In this document: positions 1-10,307 of the stretch, in pieces
How the letters are laid out: every line of letters begins with the position of its first letter
How positions within the stretch are numbered: the stretch's first letter is position 1
Assembly: GCA_963729895.1 (NCBI GenBank)
Contig: CAVSQB010000003.1
Span: 1 to 64,000, forward strand
Source: an uncultured Fibrobacterota bacterium
GTDB lineage: Bacteria; Fibrobacterota; Chitinivibrionia; Chitinivibrionales; FEN-1185
Length of the DNA stretch: 64,000 nt
Reading direction: 5' to 3'
Translations under genes and position numbers: made by a program
The notes under the pieces: model-generated
What the model was told of the DNA's origin: nothing
Databases searched by the model: none
The model's input: only the letters and a program-made list of their open reading frames with translations

Positions 1-1
1 T

Positions 2-577
2 TGCGTCAGCAAGAACAATCTTGTTCCAACCCCCCTGTGGGGAGGTTTCACAAAAAACGTGCGGCTTTCCGTGATTGGCGCACAACCGGCCACCTTTCCG
101 GCTGCCAGGGCAGACGCGAGTAATTTTTCAGGCTGGGTGGGCGAACCGCCCAAAATAGGGTGGGAAAACTCTATTTCCCTTGGAGCGTGGGATTCCATCG
201 GATTTGAATATGCCTACAACGATTCGCTTCCGGATTCCGGGCAAACCAGGGCCTGCACCATGGAAACAGCCCGAAGCGCAAAGGATTCGAATTTCTTTTA
301 CACGAACATAGCGATTTACAAATGGAATTCGGCCGGGCTCACCGATTACTTCAACGCCCCGGATTCGAAACTGCTCCTCACCGGCATCGGTTTCGACGAT
401 TCGATGCCGCTCACCGCCGCGGATAACGGTGAACCGGTAACCAAATCGGAAATTACCGCGAGGCATGCACTCAGGTTCCTTCTCACTTGGTCGGGCGACT
501 CACTGTCGGGAGAGTTTCATTGGGCAAACATCGTCGTCCTCAGAGGACCACCGCCCTTACTGCTGGGCAAAAGATAA
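2..577 (+). CDS. hypothetical protein, 5'-truncated by the window edge
   Basis: Frame is open from position 2 through ORF 59..577; no recognisable motif. Confidence 0.55.
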   Translation, partial: CVSKNNLVPTPLWGGFTKNVRLSVIGAQPATFPAARADASNFSGWVGEPPKIGWENSISLGAWDSIGFEYAYNDSLPDSGQTRACTMETARSAKDSNFFYTNIAIYKWNSAGLTDYFNAPDSKLLLTGIGFDDSMPLTAADNGEPVTKSEITARHALRFLLTWSGDSLSGEFHWANIVVLRGPPPLLLGKR

Positions 578-581
578 GGCG

Positions 582-1340
582 TCAGTAGCTTAGGCCGATC
601 CGTGCCGCGGCGCCGTTGCGGCCGCAGGGTCCTATCCCGAAAGTCAATTTGGGACCGCACGTGCCCTCTTCTTCTTCACCGGCATACCGTTTTTTTGCCT
701 GCGCCCCGGAAATAAGGTTGTCGATCGAAAGCGATAGGCAACTGAAAGTCCCCAGCAAGCCGCATGCGATAATCGCCCCCGGCGGAATCGTGGAACCGCC
801 GCTTGCAGCCCACCCCACCATCAGCGCACCGGTCCCGATCGACAGTCCGTATCCAGACCATCCCGCAATTCTCAATGCAAGCACGCCGTTCACCTTGTCG
901 CTGCTTCGGGCCGAAGCGCCGCCCGCGGCAATGATGGGCACCGAAATAATACCGATACCCAAGGCGGATGCGCCCAACGGCAATGCAGGAACAAGGCCGT
1001 TCCCCGAAGTCGCAGCGGATCCTATCGTCAGTCCAAGGATCACCGGCGAAAGGACGAATCCCGTAATGGCCGAGGCAGTGGCAAACCCGCCGGTGTTGTG
1101 ATGCTCTTTCGTCTCCTCCCTCGATTCCGAGGCTTGAGGCACGCACTCATGGGATCTTGGATCGCAGGTTTGCGTCTCGGGGCATGGCGGGTTGCACTCC
1201 GAAACGCATGTTCCGTTCTTGCATTGATAACCTGAACGGCAGGGAGGATCGCAATCCTGAGCAAGGTTCATCGCGATAAAGAGCGGAAAAAACAAAATCG
1301 AAAAACAGGTTGGAATCCATGCTCTTCGTGAACAAATCAT
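582..1340 (-). CDS. membrane protein with Cys-rich N-terminal repeats
   Basis: Signal-like N-terminus, CDPPC/CNPPC repeats, several hydrophobic helices; GGAGG RBS before ATG 1340. Confidence 0.7.
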   Translation of the reverse strand: MICSRRAWIPTCFSILFFPLFIAMNLAQDCDPPCRSGYQCKNGTCVSECNPPCPETQTCDPRSHECVPQASESREETKEHHNTGGFATASAITGFVLSPVILGLTIGSAATSGNGLVPALPLGASALGIGIISVPIIAAGGASARSSDKVNGVLALRIAGWSGYGLSIGTGALMVGWAASGGSTIPPGAIIACGLLGTFSCLSLSIDNLISGAQAKKRYAGEEEEGTCGPKLTFGIGPCGRNGAAARIGLSY

Positions 1341-1574
1341 GGAACCTCCTTCGCGTCGTGGCGGATGTTTGGTCCCTTGGACAAAGGTGTATGCGGAATC
1401 CCGGCCTACGTTCCAGAATATCATTCATGTTACTTCGCGCCACAAGTCCGGCGGCATACCAGTCATTTTATGCTGACTTTCCTGCATCATTTGGGTATAT
1501 TATGTTCCCAGAAGGAGCGGTTGCTCCGCCCGCTGTCCGGTTCTGCCACCTCTTCGCAACAGTCAAAGGCGCAG

Positions 1575-2996
1575 ATGAAAAAACACTCTTTCGCCTTGTC
1601 CTTCGCCGCGCTGTGTGTTCTCGCAGGCACGCATGTGGGCTTCTGCGTAACCCTTAACGGCGTCGATGTCCCCAAAGACAAACTTATCTGCTACCTCTTT
1701 ATCGGCCATTCCAATATGCAAGGATACGGCGGCATCCCCGACACGGTTCCCGACCCCCGGGTCTGGGCCTACAATGATACACTGGGGTTCTGGAATGCGC
1801 GCGATCCTGTCGAAACTTCCTACTATTCTCCCTCTCCCTTTATGCCCTTTTTGAAGAAGATGGCGGCATTGTATCCCGATTATTACTTTTGTGGCATAAA
1901 AGTGACGCAAGCGGGCATGTCCATGTCCAGCCAATTTCTTCGCACCATGCCCAAATATACAGAGATAATGCAAACGGTCGCGGCGATCAAAGACAGCGTG
2001 ACCATTGGAGGCATCATCGCCATGTTCGGCTGGGTTGAAGGATCGTCCGACAGCCTTTCCCAGCGCTTTGACGTGGATGTCAACACCATGCTCACGAGTT
2101 TCCGCCAGGACCTGGGCATTCCTAATTTACCGATGATAATGGGCAGGTACGAAATGAATTCAGACACCACCATCTATGCTTCTTTCTACGCCTATAGAAA
2201 CAGGATAATTGCAAAATTGGAACTGTTGCAGTCCGAAGATTCGCTGCAACACCGGATCATGCTGACGCCGTTCCTGCCGATACCCAAAACCATGTATTTC
2301 GATTCCCACCATTACAATGCGGACGGCTATTCGATATGGTCCACTACCGCCGCCGAAATACTGCAAAGCAGCAACTGGAACGCGTGGTATCCCCTGCGAT
2401 CCGCTCCTTTGAAAATGCTGTTCCCGAGCGGAGGCGAGGTGTTCGCCTACACCGACAGCATACCCATCACCTGGATGTGCGATCCCGAATCATTGTCGGT
2501 GATTTTCATCAACCTCAGCCGGGATTCCGGCAAGACCTGGAGTCTCATTTCGGGCGACCAGGCCCTGTACCCCTGGATCAAAACTTTCTATTGGACACCT
2601 TCAAAAAGCGGCTTGACTTTCACGAACAATGGAAATCTCATGATTGAAATTGATGATTATGACGGGAAGCATTCCTGCAGGTCGAATACCTTCTTCCTCG
2701 ATTCGGTCTCCACCCGCGTCCGTGTGCCCAAGGCCTTGCCTGCACGCGTTTCTCCCGTGACGGTTCGGCCGGGCAAGACGGCTATCGAAGTAAAAATGGG
2801 GGCCCAGGGGATCGATCGGTCCGTGTGCATTTATTCGATGCAGGGGCGGTGCCTTGTACGATGCACGGTGGAAAAAACGTCGGATTGCGTCGACATTCCA
2901 TCTGCGTGTTTGACAAGCGGGACCTACCTTCTTACCCTGTCCCCGCCGTCGGCCTCGATGCCGCAGCGCGGGGTGACGTTTGTGCTCCAGAAATAG
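1575..2996 (+). CDS. secreted sialate O-acetylesterase (SASA/CE6-like SGNH) with C-terminal sorting-like domain
   Basis: FIGHSNMQG (GQSNM-like) and DSHH (DxxH) motifs; signal peptide; C-terminal IYSMQGR..SGTYLL. Confidence 0.75.
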   Translation: MKKHSFALSFAALCVLAGTHVGFCVTLNGVDVPKDKLICYLFIGHSNMQGYGGIPDTVPDPRVWAYNDTLGFWNARDPVETSYYSPSPFMPFLKKMAALYPDYYFCGIKVTQAGMSMSSQFLRTMPKYTEIMQTVAAIKDSVTIGGIIAMFGWVEGSSDSLSQRFDVDVNTMLTSFRQDLGIPNLPMIMGRYEMNSDTTIYASFYAYRNRIIAKLELLQSEDSLQHRIMLTPFLPIPKTMYFDSHHYNADGYSIWSTTAAEILQSSNWNAWYPLRSAPLKMLFPSGGEVFAYTDSIPITWMCDPESLSVIFINLSRDSGKTWSLISGDQALYPWIKTFYWTPSKSGLTFTNNGNLMIEIDDYDGKHSCRSNTFFLDSVSTRVRVPKALPARVSPVTVRPGKTAIEVKMGAQGIDRSVCIYSMQGRCLVRCTVEKTSDCVDIPSACLTSGTYLLTLSPPSASMPQRGVTFVLQK

Positions 2997-3185
2997 GCTC
3001 ACGCATGCCTCGCGTGACCAAAAAATGACGCCCGTCTGGCGCTATCGCCCCCGACGGTGCTCTTCACCGATGACAATGGCCTGAATTATCACCCGACCGG
3101 CAATTCCTCAAAAGATCAAAAACGCGAAGAGTATCCCGCGTTTGCCCCTCAGCGGCGCCACAGGACTTGCAGCGATTCCCCGGTA

Positions 3186-3214
3186 TTGACAAAATAGCGT
3201 AAGAGCGGTAGAAT
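3186..3214 (+). promoter_or_regulatory. sigma70-type promoter
   Basis: TTGACA-17 bp-TAGAAT upstream of the Cache-GGDEF gene. Confidence 0.65.
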
Positions 3215-4016
3215 GAAATATACCTCCGAATTAAGCCCTGTCGGCTCAACTGCTGCGCGGCGGTTTCCCATCGTTTCCCCTTAAGAAAAGGCATGGAACT
3301 CATGAGAACAAGATCGAAGAGCACTTTGGAGACTGAGCGATATGTGCGCGCAGCCGGCAAATCGTCCAAACGGTGGCTTTCACTGTTTTCACGGCTGATG
3401 ATTTCCTTTGTTCTGATTGCAACCATTCCGATCATTGTGTTTTCCGTCTATACGGTAACAACCGAACATCGGATCATGGCCGACCGGAAAATCATCGAAT
3501 TGAAAACGTCTTCAAGCAAACTCGCTTCCAGGATAGACAAGTATCTTGCCGTACACAGAAATCTGATTAAGCAATACACGCGTTTGAGCGATATGAACTC
3601 TTTTCTGGTCAAAGGCAGAAACGATCCCGCCAGAATTAAGGCCCTCAACTCCTGGCTCGATCTCCAGACGGCCATGAACCCGGAGTACTCGGCATTCTAC
3701 CTCATGGATACAACCGGTCTCTGCCTCGTTTCGAGTGACAGAGCGTTTATCGGCAACAATTACCGTGTCCGCAGCTACTTCAAGGAATCGATGAAGGGAA
3801 CGGCATATGCGAGCGATTGGAGCATCGGCCTTACCAGCAAAGAGCCCGGAGTTTACTTTTCAGCACCGGTTTTTCGCGATCCCGCCAGGGAATCGTCTGA
3901 AATCCTCGGCGTTGCGGTCCTCAAATTGCGAGTCACCGAGATAGCCAACCGGGTCGACCAGATGAAGATCGGCGGGCAGGACGCGTTCATTTTCAACAAA
4001 GATGGAATTATTCTCA

Positions 4017-5659
4017 CCTGATTCCGTGAGATAAGGTTATTAAAAACAAATTGACGGCGTTGACAAGAACGAATATGGTTGCTAAGGCTTCTTGATAAGT
4101 TGTTGCCGGGGTGATTCCACTATGATTTGCGCTTCTGACCCCATGGTTGACAAATACACTCAACGTGTCGGTGGCGACGTTTGTTTGGTTACGGGTCTAT
4201 TTCCGTTTATTGCTCTCCTTAGGTCAGCCATCCGTGGCGAACGCCAGATACGTTTGCGTCCACGCTATGCGGAGTTGATTCCGCCGCGACAGGGCAAGCA
4301 TCAACCGGCGGGCATGCGTTATCACGCGTGCTGCTATGTACATAAGATCCTGAATGACCTTCCGCAATCTCCGGCGTGCAACTTTCTTACGCGGCACGTA
4401 CCCCTTGTCGATTCCAACTTGGCCGCAGAGCCGCAGCATGTTGAACGCAAGAACCGCCAACGTCAACACCAATGCGTTGGTCGTGAACTTCCCGCTGGGA
4501 AGCCGCTCCAGCGCCATATCACTCTTCAGCTCCGAGTGAAACTGCTCGCTGGTGCCATGATCCCGGTACGCTGCAATAACGTCGTCCGGGCCGGCGTTGC
4601 GTCTGCTCAGGCTCGTCCACCACGTGTGAACCTCTACATCCGGCAGCAGCAAGGCGTTTCCGTCGCGGTCGATTGTCCGTTCGATCACCTCGAACACAAC
4701 GCGCATGTTTTCGCCGTTTCTTTCCCGTATTGTCTCACCAACGTACACGGTCTTGCCTTCACGAGGATGACGCCAGTCACCGAGCGCTTGAGCATCCACG
4801 AGCCATTCGTCAATAGATTCCCTGCGTATGTTCCGTTTGATTATGTAATCGACCTTTTCCTTGCGGCAGACTCGCATGTTTTCAATATCGTCATGTCCGG
4901 CATCAAGACGCACAAGGATCGAACGATCCGTTATTTTTCGAGCAAGGGCTATGGTCTTGCGCAGAAACTCCGGAGTTCCTTCCTGGCAATGTTGTTTCCC
5001 TTCGCGCAACTCCGCGTTCAGCAGGTAGCCTTCCACGCCTATGTAGGCAAGCATCGGAGAATATCCCTCGAACAACTTGTACGTGCAGCTTACGCCTTCC
5101 TTATGAGAACCACTGTTGTCAAAAGGAGATACGTCAGCGTCAATCGGAATATACGGTCCAAAGCAGGCGGTGAGCCGTGGCGCTGCTTTTTTCAACAGGG
5201 ACGCCGAAGCGGAAAGGACTGCGTTTTGAACGGTCAGGCCCGTTTCGTCCATTCGCTGCCGCAGTGTAGCCTCGGAAGGAACCGCTTTCAATCCAAGCAT
5301 CTCCTGAAAATAGTCGTCTTCACGAAACTGCTCGACCCCGTCAAAGTCTGGTTTGGCAAGACACAAAAGCCCCGTCATGGTCAGCAGCGCGTCCGCGGTG
5401 CTTATACTCCCGCTCTTCTTGTCCGGAGTAACCTGCGAAACACGCTCGCGCAAACCGGATCGCTCCGCAAGCATCCCGATCATTGCCATTCCACCATGGC
5501 TGGTCAGAAACTCGTCCGTCTCCGTGATTATCAACTTTCTCGGCTTTGGCATGACACCTTCCGGGTGAATAATGTGAACTGCCATTTAGTCAAGCACCAT
5601 TCACCCTTAATCTACACGAAAAATCATCAAAATGCCAAAGTTTTTCTCACGGATTTAGG
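4017..5659 (-). mobile_element. IS1380-family insertion sequence
   Basis: Imperfect TIRs CCTGATTCCGTGAGATAA / CCTAAATCCGTGAGAAAA; TSD TCTCA at 4012-4016 and 5660-5664. Confidence 0.92.
4224..5585 (-). CDS. IS1380-family DDE transposase
   Basis: LTSHGG, PSEATLRQR, IDAD, VRLDAG, YRDHGTSEQFHSELK, LPSGKFTTN motifs. Confidence 0.92.
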   Translation of the reverse strand: MAVHIIHPEGVMPKPRKLIITETDEFLTSHGGMAMIGMLAERSGLRERVSQVTPDKKSGSISTADALLTMTGLLCLAKPDFDGVEQFREDDYFQEMLGLKAVPSEATLRQRMDETGLTVQNAVLSASASLLKKAAPRLTACFGPYIPIDADVSPFDNSGSHKEGVSCTYKLFEGYSPMLAYIGVEGYLLNAELREGKQHCQEGTPEFLRKTIALARKITDRSILVRLDAGHDDIENMRVCRKEKVDYIIKRNIRRESIDEWLVDAQALGDWRHPREGKTVYVGETIRERNGENMRVVFEVIERTIDRDGNALLLPDVEVHTWWTSLSRRNAGPDDVIAAYRDHGTSEQFHSELKSDMALERLPSGKFTTNALVLTLAVLAFNMLRLCGQVGIDKGYVPRKKVARRRLRKVIQDLMYIAARVITHARRLMLALSRRNQLRIAWTQTYLAFATDG

Positions 5660-6856
5660 TCTCACCCATACAAGACCGGAATTAGCGTATCATTCACTTG
5701 TCCCGCTTTCTTCGGCGCAGCTGTCGGAGATCGCTTCCACCCGCCAATTTGCCGAGAAACCCATCGAGCCGCTTGGTTTGGGCGAGGTGTATTCCGCTTT
5801 CCGTCGATGCATTGCCTTGCGAAGCGTGCAGGTGGCCCATTATGTTTTCAAGGCCCAGAAGGCGACCAAGTATGCCGCCATGGCGCAGTTGACGGAGCAA
5901 ACCTGGGTCGCCGGCGTGGCTGTTCCGGAAAAAGAGATCTTTGTCGGAATCAACGACATCCTGCACACGACCGCAATCTTCGCCATGATTGCGATTGTCA
6001 TTTCCATAGGCGGAAGCTACCTATTAAGCCGGTCAATTGCCGCACCCATAAGAAGGCTTACCGCAACGGTCGACACGTTTGCACAAAACAGCGCGGTCCG
6101 CGCCCGCGAGGACGGCGGCGGCGAGGTGGGGTCTCTGGCAAGAAGTTTCAATCGAATGGCCGCGCTTGTGGTTCAGAATCGGACCGGGCTGGAGCGCATG
6201 GTTGACGAACGGACAGCGGAACTCAGGTCGCTCAACGAAAAACTGCGTGAATTGTCGGTCCGCGATGAATTGACCGGTTGTTTCAACCGGCGTTATTTCG
6301 TGGACAATCTCGGCAAAGAGATTACCAGACTGCGGCGTTACGGCGGTTCGTTGTCGCTCGTCATGTGCGATCTGGACAATTTCAAAACCATCAATGATAA
6401 GTACGGCCATTCCAAAGGCGATCTGGTGCTTCAGGAATTCAGTTCCATTCTGATGCGGTCGACCCGTAAGGACATCGATTGGGTCGTGCGCTACGGCGGG
6501 GAAGAATTTATGATTGTATTGCCAAATACCCCGTTGCAGGGCGCTGTGGCGCTGGCGGAACGTTTTCGCGCTTCGACCGAAACAGCGGTTTTTGTCTCAC
6601 CCGATGATCCGCTGCGGGTCACGGCCAGCTTCGGCGTTTGTGCCACGGTACCATCGGCCGAAAACGGCTGTCTCACTATCGACAGCATCGTTGCCAGAGC
6701 GGATGAATTGCTGTACAAGGCAAAGAACGGAGGCCGCAACCGGGTAGCGGCGGAGCACTTTCGTCCGCAGGCCGCCTGAGCCGTCATTCTCTTGATTAAG
6801 GGCAGCAGCACTTTTTGCATTGTGCCATGCCGTTTGCCTCCTCCCGGACGCCGCTC

Positions 6857-8077
6857 CTATTCGTATCGCAACGCGTCAATAGGATTGAGCGCCGAGGCCT
6901 TGCTGGCGGGGTACCACCCGAAGAAGATCCCGGTGGCGGCCGAGAACCCGAACCCCAAGAGCAGCGACCAGCCGGAAACCGCGATGGGCCATCCTTGACT
7001 TTTGGAAATCACCCACGACGCGCCCGCACCGCCGATCATGCCGATGATGCCGCCGATAAAGCTGAGCACCAGGGCTTCCACCAAAAACTGCAGAAGCACG
7101 TCGCTGCCTTTGGCGCCCACTGCCATGCGGATGCCTATCTCGCGCGTGCGCTCCGTCACCGACACAAGCATGATGTTCATAATGCCGATGCCGCCCACCA
7201 GCAGCGATACGAGCGCGATGCTGGCGAGAAGGATGCTTAACGTCTGCGCCGTCTGGTTCGCGGCGTTGCTGATATCTGTCTGAGTGCGGATGGTATAATC
7301 GTAGCCGTCGCCCTGGCTCCCTTTTCTCCGGTTCATGAGCGTCTGGTTGATTTCCTGGCGCGCCTCCTCGGTGGCCTCGGTCGTCACCGCCGAGGCGAGG
7401 AGGTTGCCCGCGTAGACGGAGCCGATGAGTTTCTTCTGGACCGTCGAGTACGGGGCGATGACGCAATCGTCCTGGTCCATGCCGCCGGCGTTTTGCCCTT
7501 TGGCAATAAGGGTGCCCACCACCGTAAAAGGCAGGTTTTTGATCCTGATGATCTGGCCAAGCGGGTTGGCCCCCTGGCCGAAGATGTTGGTTATCACGGT
7601 CTGGCCAAGCACGCACACTTTTGTCGCGCCGCGTTCGTCGGCGTCCGTGTAATTGGTCCCGGTCGCCAGGTCCCAATCGCGCACCTTGAGGTAATTGGGA
7701 AAGGCGCCGAAGATCGTGGTGCGCCAGTTCTGGCCGCCTGCCTTCACCTGTGCGCTGGTGCGGGCCATCGGCGTGCTGTACATCACGGCCTGGCATTGCG
7801 CCTTGATGGCGGTGGCGTCGTCTTCGGACAGGCGCGACGCGGTGCCCGCCTCGGAGCGCACCCCGCCTGCCGTAAAGGCACCCGGAAAAATCATGAGCAG
7901 GTTGGTACCCAGACTTGCGATCTGTGAATTGATCGCGTTGCGCGCGCCCTGGCCTATGGCCAGCATGGCGATGACGGCGGCAACCCCGATCACGATACCC
8001 AGCATGGTAAGGATGGAGCGCAGCTTATTCCGGTTGATCGAGCGCAGCGCCATCCGCAGAATGCTCAATAATCGCAT
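6857..8077 (-). CDS. MacB-type ABC transporter permease
   Basis: LTMLGIVIGVAAV and VGGIGIMNIMLVSVTERTREIGIR motifs. Confidence 0.93.
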   Translation of the reverse strand: MRLLSILRMALRSINRNKLRSILTMLGIVIGVAAVIAMLAIGQGARNAINSQIASLGTNLLMIFPGAFTAGGVRSEAGTASRLSEDDATAIKAQCQAVMYSTPMARTSAQVKAGGQNWRTTIFGAFPNYLKVRDWDLATGTNYTDADERGATKVCVLGQTVITNIFGQGANPLGQIIRIKNLPFTVVGTLIAKGQNAGGMDQDDCVIAPYSTVQKKLIGSVYAGNLLASAVTTEATEEARQEINQTLMNRRKGSQGDGYDYTIRTQTDISNAANQTAQTLSILLASIALVSLLVGGIGIMNIMLVSVTERTREIGIRMAVGAKGSDVLLQFLVEALVLSFIGGIIGMIGGAGASWVISKSQGWPIAVSGWSLLLGFGFSAATGIFFGWYPASKASALNPIDALRYE

Positions 8078-8081
8078 AATG

Positions 8082-8822
8082 TCAACTCCTTGCCTTGATG
8101 GCCGCCAGTTCGAGAGCGGCATTTCTCGGGGAAGCGACCGGCGTGTCGGACAGGATCTTGCCGTCACGGAACACCACGTTCCGTTTGGTATACTGTGCGA
8201 TGTCCTGTTCGTGCGTCACCAGGACGACGGTGATGCCGCGGCTGTTGAGTCCCTGGAACACGGCCATCACCTCCACGCTTGTCCGCGTGTCGAGATTGCC
8301 GGTCGGCTCGTCCGCGAGCATCAGAACCGGATCGTTGACAATCGAGCGTGCGATCGCGACCCGCTGCTGCTGGCCGCCGGAAAGCTGGTTCGAATAATGG
8401 TGGGCGCGGTCTTTCAATCCCACGGCATCGAGCGCGGCCAGGGCCAGGCGCCGCGACTCGCGCGGAGACACCGTGTGGTTGTACAGCATGGGCAGCTCAA
8501 CGTTTTCGATTGCCGCAGTGCGCGGCAGCAGGTTAAACGACTGGAACACGAACCCAAGTTTACGGTTGCGAAGCACCGCAAGCTCGTTGCGCGACAGCCT
8601 CTGGACCTCGGTGCCGTCGAGGGAATAGATCCCCTTTGTGGGCACGTCGAGACAACCCAGGATGTTCATGAGCGTGGATTTGCCCGAGCCGCTCGCGCCC
8701 ATGATGGCAACGAATTCGCCTTTGTGAATATCGAGGTCGATCGTGTCCAGTGCCCACAGCGTGGTATCGCCCATTGTGTAGGCCTTGGAGATGCCGCGGA
8801 GAGTGATCATTGCCTGGGACAT
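8082..8822 (-). CDS. ABC transporter ATP-binding protein (MacB/LolD-like)
   Basis: [26 protein letters not shown]. Confidence 0.95.
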   Translation of the reverse strand: MSQAMITLRGISKAYTMGDTTLWALDTIDLDIHKGEFVAIMGASGSGKSTLMNILGCLDVPTKGIYSLDGTEVQRLSRNELAVLRNRKLGFVFQSFNLLPRTAAIENVELPMLYNHTVSPRESRRLALAALDAVGLKDRAHHYSNQLSGGQQQRVAIARSIVNDPVLMLADEPTGNLDTRTSVEVMAVFQGLNSRGITVVLVTHEQDIAQYTKRNVVFRDGKILSDTPVASPRNAALELAAIKARS

Positions 8823-8956
8823 ATTGTTTCGTTCTGCGTTGCTACGTCACCAAGAATATGCTTGCATTTGACAACTCAGGTCCCGGATCCGTCTATCCGG
8901 TCCTCTACGAATGAGGTCTTCTTTTCGCCTTCTTCCCCGCCCCTCGGAGTCCTCTC

Positions 8957-10291
8957 TTAGAATCTTCTTCCCATTCCCGGCGGGCCGCCGCCGGTGAGCG
9001 GAACCGCCTGGGCAGGAGCCTTGTTGCTCAAGACACCCACGATCACTTGGTCGCCCGCTTGAATGTCGCCTTCCACGGCCGTGAATCCGCCGTTTGAAAG
9101 TCCTATCTTTACTTTGACGAATTTCGGTTTCCCTTCCACCAGCACAAAGACGTGCCCCATGTCCTCACCTGCCTGGCCTTTCCATTGGCCGTGGCCTCTC
9201 TGCGCGGTATCGCCTGCGCCGGCCGAGGCCCATTGCCCGTGCCGTCTCTGCGTCGTATCGCCGGCACGGCGCGCTTGAGCGCCGGTGTCGCGGGCCGCGC
9301 CGCCCGGCCATTGCCTGCCTGCGCGGCTGCTGTCGCCAGCCGCCGGGCCACGTTTCTTCCACGTGCCGCCCTGCGCAGCGGGCGGCGCAAACTTGAGCGC
9401 CGCAGCCGGGACCGTCAGCACGTTCTCCGCCTTTTGCACGTCGATGGTGACGTTGGCGGTCATGCCCGGCAACAGCGCCATGTCCTTATTGTCAACATCA
9501 ATCATCACCGTGTAGGTCACCACGTTCTGGACTGTGGTCGGCTGCAGCCGTATCTGTGACACAACGCCCGCAAACGTGCGCGTGGGATAGGCGTCAACGG
9601 TGAACTTCCCCGTCTGCCCCACCTTCACCTGGCCGATGTCCGCTTCGTCGATACTCGCCTGCACCTGCATCTTGGTGAGATCGTCGGCAATGGTGAATAT
9701 CGTGGGCGTGTTGAAGCTCGCGGCAACGGTCTGTCCTACGTCCACGTTGCGGTTTATGACCACGCCGGTTATCGGCGAAACGATCGTTGCGTAGTTCAGG
9801 TTGATTTTCGCGCGGTCGAGCGCGGCCCGCGCCGACCCCAGGGACGAGGCCGAGCTGGCGGAGTCGGACACGGCGGCATCAAGGTCCGCCTGGGCAACAA
9901 GCCCCTTTGCAAAGAGTGCCCTCGTTCTCGTGCAATTCTGGGCCGAGAGGGTCAATTGCGCTTCGGCCTTGAGCAGCGATGCGCGTGCGTCAACAACCTC
10001 CGCGTGCAGGAGCATCGTGTCCAATAACGCGACCACCTGGCCTTTTTTCACGCGGGAGTTGAAATCCGCAAACAGGCGGGCAACGGTGCCGCTCACCTGG
10101 GTGCCCACCTGGACGGTCAAAAAGGAATTGAGGGAACCGGTGGCTGTCACCTGCACCGTCAAGTCTCCACGCGTTACGGGCGCGGTCCTGAAAACCACCG
10201 GCTGTTTCCCCTTTGAAAAAAAGAAAAAAGCGCCGACTGCGAGAACGAGGGCGGCACTGCATCCGGCAATAATCCAGCCTTTCGTGGTCAT
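8957..10291 (-). CDS. MacA-like periplasmic adaptor subunit
   Basis: VQVGTQVSG, SPITGVVI, DEADIG; N-terminal TM. Confidence 0.9.
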   Translation of the reverse strand: MTTKGWIIAGCSAALVLAVGAFFFFSKGKQPVVFRTAPVTRGDLTVQVTATGSLNSFLTVQVGTQVSGTVARLFADFNSRVKKGQVVALLDTMLLHAEVVDARASLLKAEAQLTLSAQNCTRTRALFAKGLVAQADLDAAVSDSASSASSLGSARAALDRAKINLNYATIVSPITGVVINRNVDVGQTVAASFNTPTIFTIADDLTKMQVQASIDEADIGQVKVGQTGKFTVDAYPTRTFAGVVSQIRLQPTTVQNVVTYTVMIDVDNKDMALLPGMTANVTIDVQKAENVLTVPAAALKFAPPAAQGGTWKKRGPAAGDSSRAGRQWPGGAARDTGAQARRAGDTTQRRHGQWASAGAGDTAQRGHGQWKGQAGEDMGHVFVLVEGKPKFVKVKIGLSNGGFTAVEGDIQAGDQVIVGVLSNKAPAQAVPLTGGGPPGMGRRF

Positions 10292-10307
10292 TCCTTCTCC
10301 TTTAGGT

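Larger units (their letters stand above)
3293..6779 (+). pseudogene. dCache-HAMP-GGDEF diguanylate cyclase interrupted by IS1380
   Basis: 5' part 3293-4016 (TM + Cache) and 3' part 5665-6779 (TM, HAMP, RYGGEEF); removing the IS and one TSD restores the frame ...GIILTHTRP... Confidence 0.9.

Noticed and set aside
4092..5659. N-terminal ~520 aa of the 895-aa ORF as a native protein domain
   Set aside because: It is the antisense frame of the IS1380 transposase; the real N-terminus is 3293-4016
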